Below are positions 13,317 through 22,870 of a stretch of DNA of 64,000 nucleotides, piece by piece (within the stretch, counting starts at the first letter, position 1; each line of letters begins with the position of its first letter). The stretch covers positions 64,542,001 to 64,606,000 of the forward strand of contig NC_059430.1 of the NCBI RefSeq assembly GCF_021028975.2, given 5' to 3'. Under the pieces are notes generated by a model. It did not search any database. It was not told where the DNA came from and worked only from the letters and a program-made list of their open reading frames with translations. This DNA comes from Sphaerodactylus townsendi. Its lineage: Eukaryota. Made by a program: the position numbers and the translations under genes.

Positions 13317-13967
13317 CAGGGGTCGGGAACCCGCGGCTCGCGAGCCGCATGCGGCTCTTCCGCCGCTGTTCTGCGGCTCCATCAGCCGAGCCGCGGGGCC
13401 CCTCTTCTCCCGCCCTGCGAGAAGCAGGCGGTATCGTTCCCCAGCGGCCGGCCCGGCCGAGCCGCTGGGCACCTCTTCTCCCGCCCTGCAAGGAGCAGGG
13501 CGGGAGCATCGTTACCCCGGCGGCCGGCCCGGCCGGGCACCTCTTCTCCCACCCTGCAAGGAGCAGGGCGGGAGCATCGTTTCCGGCGGCCCGGCCCGCG
13601 ACCCGAGCAGCGGGCACCTCTTCTCCGCCCTGCAAGGAGCAGGCGGGAACATCGACTCCCGGCGGCCCGGCAGGCAGCGGGCACCTCTTCTCCCGCCCTG
13701 CAGGGCGCAGGCGGCCATCTGGCGGCGGCCCGGCCGAGCATGAGCACCTCTTCACCCGCCCTGTAAGGAGCAGAGGCGGGCGCATCACTGCGCCCGGCAG
13801 CCCGGCGGGCCGAGCAGCGAGACCTGCCTGCCCTGCAGGCGGGTGTGTCTATGTGGCCAGGCGGAGGCCTTGAGCGGTGAAGTGAAGTACGAGGCGGAGG
13901 GCGTGCCAGCGAGTGGGGGGTGGGTGAGCCAAATGGCTCTTTGAGGGGAAAAGGTTCCCGACCCCTG
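13317..13967. mobile_element. Non-autonomous hAT (Charlie-like) transposon with an internal GC-rich minisatellite
   Basis: Perfect 15-bp TIRs CAGGGGTCGGGAACC / GGTTCCCGACCCCTG. Perfect 8-bp TSD GTTTAGAC (13309-13316 / 13968-13975). About 6 copies of a ~60-70 bp unit containing cacctcttctcccgccctgcaaggagcagggcggga. Confidence 0.92.
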
Positions 13968-15425
13968 GTTTAGACAATAGCAAGCTGTCACTTTTCCTGA
14001 GCATCTTACCAATGATCCTTTCAGGACAAATTGCAAGTTACAAAAACATTTGTGTATGGTTGCTGCTGCTGCTCTGCAAGGCTTGAAAAATACTTATAAT
14101 GAAAGGGATGACTAAAATGTACTCAGCCTGAGAAGGATGCAGTGAGCTTTGGACCACCACATTTTATAACAAAAATAAAGGTGGCATTCTGCAAATCTAG
14201 ATATAGCAGTGTACCCAGATGTAATTTTGCCCAAGATACAGAGTTCCACAGGGGGGCGAGAGCCTCTTAGTTTATGCACAGAGGCAAACTTGATTTGGAG
14301 CTATTGTCAGCTGGTATTGACTAGGGTTCAATTGTACCAACACTCGAGAAGGCTTCTCAGGCAGGAAGCGCTGAGTCCCTTCCTCACTCAGCGGCTTCAG
14401 GTTGCATGAGGAGCCCTTGTCCAAGGCAGTTTGTTTGTTGCTCTGAACTTCAACTCTAGCATTTATAAGTTCAGTCTTTGGGCAGATGATCTTTAAAGCA
14501 GCAAAGATCTCCTGGAGTATTACTGCCACAAGGTTGCAAATAGCAGTAATGCCACAGTCCACGCCTTGATCCACACCCACATTAGAAGAGGAGAGCAAAG
14601 CCAAAGAACTGTCTTTCTGCCCCAGTGCATCTCTTAACAGGTTCCTCCAGAGTAGATGGATCAACAGAGGTAGGCTGAAGGGACGTAGGAGCTGTAATAT
14701 TACTCTAAGTGTCACAGACTCAACAAAACATAGCGATTTGAGGTTGGAACAGAAATATCGCTTAAGTGAGCATCATGGGGCCTTTTAGCATCAAAAAGGT
14801 CTTGTATTTTTAGTTGCTTACAAGCAGGAGGAGAACTAAAATCATTTACATCTTGGGTTCAATTCCCGGTGAGTGACTGCATGATAAGTGTTGGGCTCCT
14901 TGAGTTAATTAGTTAATTGGGGCCATAAAACCATAAAACCACAGACTCAAAAACACCCAAAACCAAATAGTCAATAGAATAATAAAACATTAAAACATTC
15001 CATGCTAAAAGCTAATAGCAGCTATATAAGTATATAGTAAAGTTTTTAAAATATTCAAATAATCAGCAGCCAAACAAGGAGGTGCTGCTCAATATGGATA
15101 TATTCCTTCCCCCTTGAAATTACCTCTTCCCCAACCCAGGGATTAAGACTATTTTCAGACTTAATTTATGAGATGGAAATACAAATCCCACCTCTTTTCA
15201 AATCCATTGCTGGTATTTTTACAGTAAAAAAGAGAATCGTTGCACCATTGTATGAATCTTCAATTGCTCTTTGCTTTAATTCTGATTGCTGTTCTGCACT
15301 AGAATGTCTCATTATCAGACCTTCCTGGAAGTGCTGGATTTCATATGCACTGAAATTCAGCTTTCTATCTGTTATGGAATTATTGCAATAGTTTCAATAT
15401 ACCCATAACTGACCAACGCTCTACA

Positions 15426-15494
15426 AAAATTATTATGGCCCTTAATATGAGAAGGGGAAAATTATTATGGCCCTTAATATGAGAAGGGGAAAAT
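15426..15494. repeat. 32-bp tandem duplication
   Basis: attattatggcccttaatatgagaaggggaaa x2. Confidence 0.85.
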
Positions 15495-15881
15495 CCAGCC
15501 ACAGGGTCACCTATAGCAAGATTTGTATAGGCTTCAATGCTTACCCAAATCCAATAAATAATAATAATCAGCATTACCTGTTTCAGCATCATCTCTGCTA
15601 ATCTACAAAGACAAGTCTGAAGAATATATGGAGCAATTTGTGTTTCATTTCTAACAGATTCCTTCATAAGAGAACCTTGAAACACTGCATTTACTATGGG
15701 TAGTGTAGCACAAAGTTTTCATTTGGGAAATGACTATGGATCCTACATTTAATATAGTTTTTCCCAAAATGGTTGAAACTGCTGCAGTATGTCTTAGTGG
15801 GGACCAACAATGTCATCCTAAACAAAGCTATACTAATCTAAGTCCACAGAAGTCAAGCTTACAAAGTGAAACTTTGTATAG

Positions 15882-16341
15882 TGTAGTCATCCCCGCAGGG
15901 TCGTCGCTAAGGAATAGGCGAGACGCGGAGGAGGTTTCATCTGGTGGAGAGCGTCAGCAACAGGAAGCCTTGAGGATTTAAGTGATCCTGACAACTCTCC
16001 CTGTGCTGGTCTCTGGCACCTTTTATTAGGGTTTCATTGTGGGCGTGTAAAGGAGGTGGGTAGGGAGATGAGCGGGAGACCGGGAGACCTGGAGATCATC
16101 ATGTGATGCATGATCTCACCCTGCAGCTACGTCTTGGAGGAGAGGCGTGGCGTCTGAGCCTAATCCTCACCTGGGGGCAAGACCATTGTCCCTAAGCCCG
16201 GTGACTGAGCCGAAGACAGTTCATGACCATTGACTCATAGGGGGGGATGAGGAGTGGGGAGTGCAGTCGCGACCAGAGGCCGTGGAGTCCGTTGGCGTCC
16301 CAACGTTCTACCAGGGCTGCTGGGTCAGCAGTGCATTACTA
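15882..16341 (-). repeat. 3' LTR of the provirus
   Basis: Colinear with 21223-21673. The inner end lacks the terminal dinucleotide (..tacta vs ..tactaca). AATAAA on the - strand at 16022-16027. Confidence 0.93.
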
Positions 16342-16354
16342 TCTCCTCCTTTTA
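16342..16354 (-). promoter_or_regulatory. Polypurine tract
   Basis: The - strand reads AAAAGGAGGAGA directly before the 3' LTR. Confidence 0.85.
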
Positions 16355-17774
16355 CATTTTAGAAGGGGACGAGAAATGCTAAGGGGTGATTTAAAGGGGC
16401 AGCTTGTCTCCTCCGCCCGTCTGGTCAAGCTGACGAGCTGCTTGTGTAACATTAGAACTTGGTTGCGGGGTAAGGGGAAATTCGAGGGCTTCTTACACCG
16501 CGTTACAGGCAATATTAGACACACACTGAGCGAAGCAAGATCCGATAGCAGAGGCACACAATTAAACCAATGCAGAGCTGCACAATAGCACTCAACCATC
16601 CTCCCGCCAGCCAGCTCCAGAGGGCTGACCACCAATCAGAGCAAAACATCATATTTCAGATTAGATACAACTTCTTGCAGCTCACGTACTTTCATATGGA
16701 TCAATTGGGAATTATCAGGAAGATTAAAACAACACATATTATGTACATTCTCACAACCTTGGTGATGCAATAACAACAAATAATCAATGACTGACACGAT
16801 TATCTAAAATTAAACAGCCCGAAGTTCCTGCTGCTTTCGGAGGCCAGGGCATCAGAGCAATGGAGGAATGGAGTTGATGGACTTATGAGAACACAGGCCA
16901 ACCCGGCCAATAGTCTTGGTGTTACAGGAAACAAGTCCGGGGACTCCCACAAGGGAAGTTGCGAGGGAAACACATAGCAACTGAGCCGCCCGTGTAAAGC
17001 TCGGCAAAAGTCGGGGAAGGCGGGCGGTGGCTGTGCTTGGCTTCGAGGGTGAAGCCTGAGGCAGAAACGATGGTGTGAAGCGGTAGCAGAGAGTTCCGGC
17101 AGACACAGGCGAGGGAAATGCAGCAACAACAACCGGCAACTTCTAAAATTAAGGCATGCAATAACTTCAGCAATAGTTGGTTCACGGTAAGCAATAAAAC
17201 ATCGCTAAGCGATACATAGGCTGGATGATGTATGCGGAAGGAAGGCAACCCGTGGTTGCATAATTATCCAATGCATGGCTCTTGCTGTTTGACTACCAAA
17301 GCTACAGAAGCGATGGCGTTAGGAGTCCATGGATTTCTCAAGGCGTGAGGAGAGCTACTGATAGTCTTTAGCATTGCAGGTTCAGTGATTCTCCACGAGC
17401 AAGGTTGAGAGAAGCGTGTTCCAACAATATTCAATGACTGAGAACAGCCGGAGAGTTCCAAGGGTTAATCTATCAGGAATGTCCCTGGCTGCAACTCAAG
17501 CTTCAGCCGAGGCGGCAGAGGAGAGAGAATAGCGGTGTAGATGAGGAGCGGCATCAACCTCTGAGCCACAGCTGGCCCAGGCTGCGTTCCCCCCAGGGGG
17601 GCCAGCTAGCGGGGCTGTGATCACTTGTGGAGAAGAATGGGTGTGCTGGCTCCAGAGAGATCCCTCCCATCTCGGCCCAGGCACAGGGGCAATAGGGAGA
17701 CTCTCAACAGAGGCCGGCGGGGTCCGGATCCTCCAGGAGGCCCAGCTCCATCGGAGATGGGGCTGGCCTGGCAT
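16342..17774 (-). pseudogene. env: env (ASLV/avian-gamma-type TM with CX6CC), frameshifted
   Basis: The - strand from 16788 reads in one frame IDYLLLLHHQGCENVHNMCCFNLPDNSQLIHMKVRELQEVVSNLKYD, resembling ASLV gp37 [31 protein letters not shown]. Upstream are a fusion-peptide-like SLATSLVGVPGLVSCNTKTIGR and LAC; downstream are WWSALWSWLAGGWL and a hydrophobic TM. The 5' boundary is approximate. Confidence 0.85.
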
Positions 17775-19500
17775 GGCGAGCTGGACTCCCTGTATGGAAG
17801 AGACAAGCAGCTTTTCCCCAGAGGGTTTTCGTGCTGGCTGAGTTAGTCCTTATAGATGGCGATGGAAAGCCAGCGAGCCTGAGTGGAAGACAATTTTTTG
17901 ATAGATAGAGAATAGAAGAGTACTTTGGATATGGTCTGCTGGATGAGACCTTGATTGGAGTGGAATGGAACTACTCCCCTTTCTTTGGATTTGTTTGGCC
18001 AAGCACCGTTGAAGCGCCAGTTGGCCCCATTCCGACAACGATCACTTGCAACATTCAAGTTAAGAGATACAAGGCGAAATTGCCCGAAGGCTTAGGAGAA
18101 GGGAGAGGTCATATCCAGGTGGGATGTTTGTTTGTAAAACAATCCCAATCACCGTCTAAGGTGTGGGTTTTACAAAAGCAGCGAACAATTCACAATTATA
18201 GTCATATGGTAATATAGCATCTATAGGAAAGATATAGAAGATGCAAAGAAAACAGTTCCTGGGCTTGAGGTTTGATCACAGGGCAGAATTGAGAGGGTTT
18301 GCAAAACCTTTATCAGAATCCTAGATCTAGGAGTGGGGTCGCGTCAGCCCATTAGAAAGAGGGAGGTGTGTGCAGAAAGGAAAGGAAGGGTTTGGAAGTC
18401 AGCTCTACCTTCCTCGTGTAAAGGACTTTGGCGGTTTGAGCTAAGCTTCCTACCTTCTGGCCGGAGGCTGTGTAAGATAGGTGTGGCTGGTGCCCCAGCA
18501 CTGTGACTAGCCAGGGGGCGCTCAGCAGAGAATGTGGGAGCATGAAAATGATTTTGGCTTCATATGTAAACTTATGCGCCAATGTGGCAGTGTGGAAACT
18601 CAGATGAAGATGAAGGAAAAGGTTCTCAAGGAGAGGTTTGAAGAAGTTTTGAAGGTTTAAACCTTAAGATGGGCGGCTTGAAGCAGGTCCCATCGGTATC
18701 CTGAGAACAACATGCGAGCTGTGTCCCGTTTAAAGGCTAGGATGCTGTGGCGGTGAAACCTTTCAAGGCATTGGCACACATAATCAGAAGGAGAAAAACT
18801 TTAGTGAAGCACAAGAGCATAGCTTAGAAGCAATGGAAAAATCCCCTATGAGGGAAGAAACTTTAGGGTCTCTTGAAGGGGCAAGACATACCAGAATTTA
18901 TACATAGGCATACAGAGCACATATAAAATGCTAGGGAGGATTGCAACTCTGATTTGAGATTTTGCTCTCTCTGAGGGTGCTGCCAGCACCACTGGGAGCT
19001 TTGAGCTTAGGGCTTTGCACAGGCTCAGAGGCTATGAGATCTGGTTTGAACCTTACAGCTGGAAGACCAAGGGGGGCTTCTTCTTCGAAGGACTTTTGGC
19101 TTAAAGGCCATTGTCGCGAGCATCTTCCCCTTTCCATGCCTCATTGTCCCGTAGATTGGCTATAGGGCATTCTGAGAAAGGAGTTCAAAAGCGGCAGTCC
19201 TCTTGGATAATGAAGGCAGCGGACTGGGCATAGTGCCAGAATATTGGTTGCGTTCTCTTCCGTCAGCATTTCCTTCTGTTGCAATTCAGTGACTGTGGAC
19301 TCTGCAGAAGATTTTTTGAAATCGTGCCACTCTGGGGCACTGGCAGAGGCATGGTGACTTTGGAAGTAGAAAGGGTTAGCAGAGCAGGAAGTATAGGCGT
19401 AGGGAGGGAGCAAGCTGGCAAGACCAGCCCAATGGTCTCCGTGGGGATGGGATCACTATACTGAGCTGGGGCAGCGAAGATCTCATGAGGGAACTCGGGG
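17750..19500 (-). pseudogene. pol: Highly eroded dUTPase-pro-pol relic
   Basis: Motif remnants in the expected order, identified by eye: dUTPase-like PIPTETIGLVLP (~19455-19418), RT-start-like QWPLSQK (19113-19093), RNaseH-like PFLSFLHT (~18390), IN-core-like DMT..*AFGQFRLVSLNLNVASD (~18116-18040), IN C-terminal-like WGKAACLFHTG (~17820-17790). No YXDD motif was seen. Confidence 0.6.
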
Positions 19501-19539
19501 AAGGGTTTGAGGAGTGCGGATCTTGGTTCCGGGCTGGGG

Positions 19540-21014
19540 AGATGCCAGTGCGGACACTCCCAGCGGGCATTGGGAAGCGCCGGTCTTAGACTTTCCTGGG
19601 GGCCCTCTGGGGAGAACCCTCCTCCATCAGGGTTGTAGGCCCCCGCTTGACATGCTACAATTCCTCCCGAGGAATGTCCTGGTTTGCCGCGAATTGAGAC
19701 ACTTCGTCTGGGGCTGTCTCGCCTTGGCAGCGGAGAGAGGCGGCTAGGAAGGCTGGCTTGATGGGCGAAAGACCCGATATCCTGGCAAGCTTTGAGCATG
19801 TCGGCCAGCTTCGAGGAGTTCCTTCCTAGGCCTGTGATAAACTGCGGCACTCAGCGGAGGCGTTCTCCTTGGCAAAGGCGCTTGAGGAGTTAAGCCCTGG
19901 GCCTCCCCTCGTTGTCAACCTGCCTCTTGAGGCCTCCTGGAACCTGTTCACAAACTCAGCATAGGAGCTCTTGAGGCTTCTGCCGGTGCTAACTGAAAAA
20001 CTTTGGGTTGACTTTGTCCGGTATTGGGGACTTTCAGCGCCCAGCGAGGCGCATTCCAGAAAAGGCGTGGGGGGGTGGCCACCCGGCAGAACAATCTGAT
20101 TGTTGGGGTTACTGAAGGCATCGAAGCCGTAAAGCTGTCTTGCGGGGTAGCGGCCCGAGGCAGCTGCCCTGCTAAAGCATTGCTGGGCGGAACTTCGCTC
20201 TCCCAGATCACAAATTGTGCAGGGCTCAGGAGCATCGGAAGGTGGTCTTCCAGTCGTCCCGGAACCATTAAGTGATTCCTCGCGACCGCCTCTAGCATGC
20301 ACCTCTCACGCAAGGGGCTGGTGACTCCCGCGTCCGCGCATCGCTTTAGCGGAGCTCAGTGAGGATGTTATAGCTTAAGAGGCGGTGCACTTTCGACAAC
20401 CAGCGGTTTCAGCGCCATCCTCCCCACCGGTATCTCTGTGAAATGGGCCGGGCACAATCTGCGAGAATGCTCGGCATCGTCTTCCGTCAGGGTTTCTTTC
20501 CTTTGCAGATCGTGGCTATCACGCTCTGGGAACCAGCGCCATTACGATGGCGCTAACCGAGGAGAGTCGCGGTGGCTTTGGAAAATGAAGGCGGAGCAAG
20601 GGGAGGCTGACTGAGCGTGATTGAAATGGGCGAAGAGCAAGGGGCAGAAGGAGGACGAAGCGTCCAATTTAGCGGATAGAGAAAATTCCGGGGTTGAAAT
20701 TGAAGGTGAAAGATCGAAGGAGAGTGACCTACAGCAAAGGGAGCCATAGGTCTGCAGGCTGATGGCGACATAACATTGTCTCCCGTCGGTAGCGGTGACA
20801 CATCGGCGAGGCTCTGTCGCGAAAGTGCGCCCGATGTTTTCCCAGTCCAGATTCAATGTCCCCCCTCTGGGTACCATGGACACTGAGCTTCAATCTCTCC
20901 TCAACCAATTTCGCGCAGCTCCCTTCTCTTTCACGGGGACCCTGCCGCATTTAAGCTAACGCTTTCAGCTTCGTCAACGTGCTTGTCATAAGCCCTGCTT
21001 TTGCAAGCTCCCAT
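19540..21014 (-). pseudogene. gag: gag (betaretrovirus-like MA, CA, NC), frameshifted
   Basis: ATG GGA at 21014 (MGACKS, myristoylation Gly2). Joining single-nt frameshifts gives ..QCPWYPEGGTLNLDWENIGR (beta-type MA motif), late-domain-like LYPL and PSAP (~20680-20640), CA MLLSPAQFVIWESE, MHR-like YAEFVNR.QEA, LADMLKACQDIG, and a CCHC knuckle ..GKPGH..RNC. Confidence 0.9.
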
Positions 21015-21022
21015 ACTCACCC
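21015..21022 (-). promoter_or_regulatory. Major splice donor of the provirus
   Basis: GG|GTGAGT on the - strand, directly abutting the gag ATG. Confidence 0.65.
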
Positions 21023-21201
21023 GGTGTTCCGTCCGGACCGAGAGAGTGTCCTAGGACGCTAGCGTGTCTCTGGATCGCGCCGATCCAGAGGACGAAGGCG
21101 ATAATACCAAAGCGGGTGGTCCCCTGGATACGCCCGATCCAGCCGGACTTGGTATGTGACCCCTTCCCAGGCGACGGTGAGCAGGGTGGAGGTTCGAGGA
21201 T

Positions 21202-21219
21202 TCCCGGGTTTCGGCACCA
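21202..21219 (-). promoter_or_regulatory. Primer binding site, tRNA-Phe
   Basis: The - strand TGGTGCCGAAACCCGGGA, 3 nt after the 5' LTR, is the 18-nt complement of the vertebrate tRNA-Phe(GAA) 3' end TCCCGGGTTTCGGCACCA. Confidence 0.92.
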
Positions 21220-21222
21220 GCT

Positions 21223-21673
21223 TGTAGTCATCCCTGCAGGGTCGTCGCTAAGGAATAGGCGAGACGCGGAGGAGGTTTCATCTGGTGGAGAGCGTCAGCA
21301 ACAGGAAGCGCTGGAGTTCATTGTCCTGACAACTTTCCCTGCGCTGGTCTCTGGCACCTTTATTTGGAACACCATTGTGGGCGTGTAAAGGAGGTGGGCG
21401 GGAGATGAGCCGGGAGACGGCGAGACCTGGAGATCATCATGTGATGCATGATCTCACCTGGCTACGTCTTGGAGAAGAGATGGCTGTCTGAGCCTAATCC
21501 TCACCTGGGGGCAAGACCATTGTCCCTGCGCCCGGTGACTGAGCCAGACAGTTCATGACCCGTGACTCATAGGGGGATGAGGAGTGGGGGTGCGGTGCGA
21601 CCAGAAGGCCGTAGGTCCGTTGGCGTCCCAACGTTCTACCACGGCGCTGCTGGGTCAGCAGTGCTTTACTACA
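21223..21673 (-). repeat. 5' LTR of the provirus
   Basis: TGTAGT...ACTACA termini, adjacent PBS, colinear with 15882-16341. Confidence 0.95.
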
Positions 21674-21807
21674 GTATAGAATGGCACTGTAAGACAGCAG
21701 TCTAATACATGGCTAGATTCCAATCCTGTAGTATGTTAATTCTAATGCATGTTTACCTGAAAGTGAGCTTCAAAATAGTAGGCATATGACTGGCCCTGAC
21801 CTCTTGG

Positions 21808-21984
21808 CCCAGGCTAGCCCATCTCATTACATCTCAGAAGCTGACCATGGTCAGTCAGAGCACCATGGAAGTTCTATATAGAGGCAGGCAATAGCAAACC
21901 ATCTCTGAATGTCTCTTGCCTTGAAAACTCTAGGGAGTCACCATAAGCCTGCTGCGATTGGATGATATTTTCCACCACCACCAC
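21808..21984 (+). mobile_element. 5S-derived SINE (5S-Sauria-RTE type), internally deleted
   Basis: Similar to 8305-8493; ends in (cca)n. Confidence 0.55.
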
Positions 21985-22689
21985 GCGTATGCCTGAGAAG
22001 TGATCTCTATGGAAAATGTTTTGTCTTTGTCGAGCAGGGCAGTAATAGCATCAGATCAGTAGTTTCAACTGTCTACCAGCCTTGAATTTACCATTTTAAA
22101 TTTTCTGCATTTTTAAAAAAAATCTGCCTTAATCACACTGTTACTAGAAGTTTCAAGATTTTGGAACCAATTACAAATCTACATAGAGAGATTAAAGGGT
22201 CTCTTTGTGCAAGTGGTAAACTGCTACCTCAGAAAGGATGTTTCAGTTGCATCCCTGGTGAAGTAGTTACCATAGTAGCGGAATATGATACAGCTGCTTC
22301 TATAGTAACTCTGAATAAAGCATGCAAGAAAGTGAAGCATAAGTGAAACAGAGTATTGGAATACTGTAAAGGCAAACAGATTTATGGGTTCTCAGGCAGA
22401 ACCCCTCTGGTTGTCAGGTGCTGGACAGAGGTGTGAGTCTTGCTTGCGAGTTCTCCTGTGGCATCAGACTTGCTGCTCTTGGAAACAATATACTTAACAA
22501 GATGGACCATCTAGGCTCCTATTTAGTAATAATTATACTACCATGTTAAGTTTCAAGAAGGCTGAGGCTAAACCCATGATCACTCCATCCCTTTTTCCAA
22601 AATTCTCAGTATATGGGCTGACCTAGAAGATAATCTTCAGAACATAATATTATTTCCTCTATTCCTAAAATTAACTTGTTTAGTCAGTT

Positions 22690-22870
22690 TACATATATCC
22701 TGCCTTCTCTCCAAGGGGACCCATTACAGCTTTCTCCTCTCATCCATTTTATCCTCACAATGTGAGGTAGGTTAAAATGAGTTTGTATGGCTGACCCAAA
22801 CTGCCATAGTAAGGTGGAGATTCGAATCTAGGTCTTACAAATCCTACTCCAACACTCTGACCACTAAAAC
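22690..22870 (-). mobile_element. Old CORE/MIR-like SINE
   Basis: ccattttatcctcacaa..tgtgaggtaggtt...gattcgaatctagg motifs. Confidence 0.5.

Larger units (their letters stand above)
15882..21673 (-). mobile_element. Class II (beta/alpha-like) endogenous retrovirus, two-LTR provirus, defective
   Basis: Outer termini TGTAGT...ACTACA. 6-bp TSD GTATAG (15876-15881 / 21674-21679). PBS, PPT, gag, pol relic and env all lie on the - strand in retroviral order. Confidence 0.95.

Noticed and set aside
13267-13873. Several overlapping 120-194 aa ORFs
   Set aside because: They are by-products of a GC-rich minisatellite inside a hAT MITE, with no domain signal.
14272-14715. 147-aa ORF on the - strand
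   Set aside because: No recognisable motif or splice context. It may be a decayed LINE ORF1 piece but cannot be supported without a search.
16763-16771. Perfect ATF4 AARE (TGATGCAAT) inside the ERV env, upstream of an ATF4 target gene
   Set aside because: A 9-mer is expected about once by chance in a window of this size. Another copy lies at 29263-29271, and this one is dictated by the LLHH codons on the other strand.
18505-18523. CTCF-like site (ccagggggcgct) in the ERV; similar matches at ~11330 and ~14246
   Set aside because: Each mismatches highly conserved positions of the core motif.
19225-19330. ENATNILALCPVRC read as an integrase zinc finger and PYSQSTGQ as an integrase motif
   Set aside because: The position is out of order (before the RT-start remnant), and better integrase remnants lie at ~18280-17750.
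21191-21219. tRNA-Phe gene fragment
   Set aside because: Only the 3' end including CCA is present, next to an LTR, so it is the PBS.
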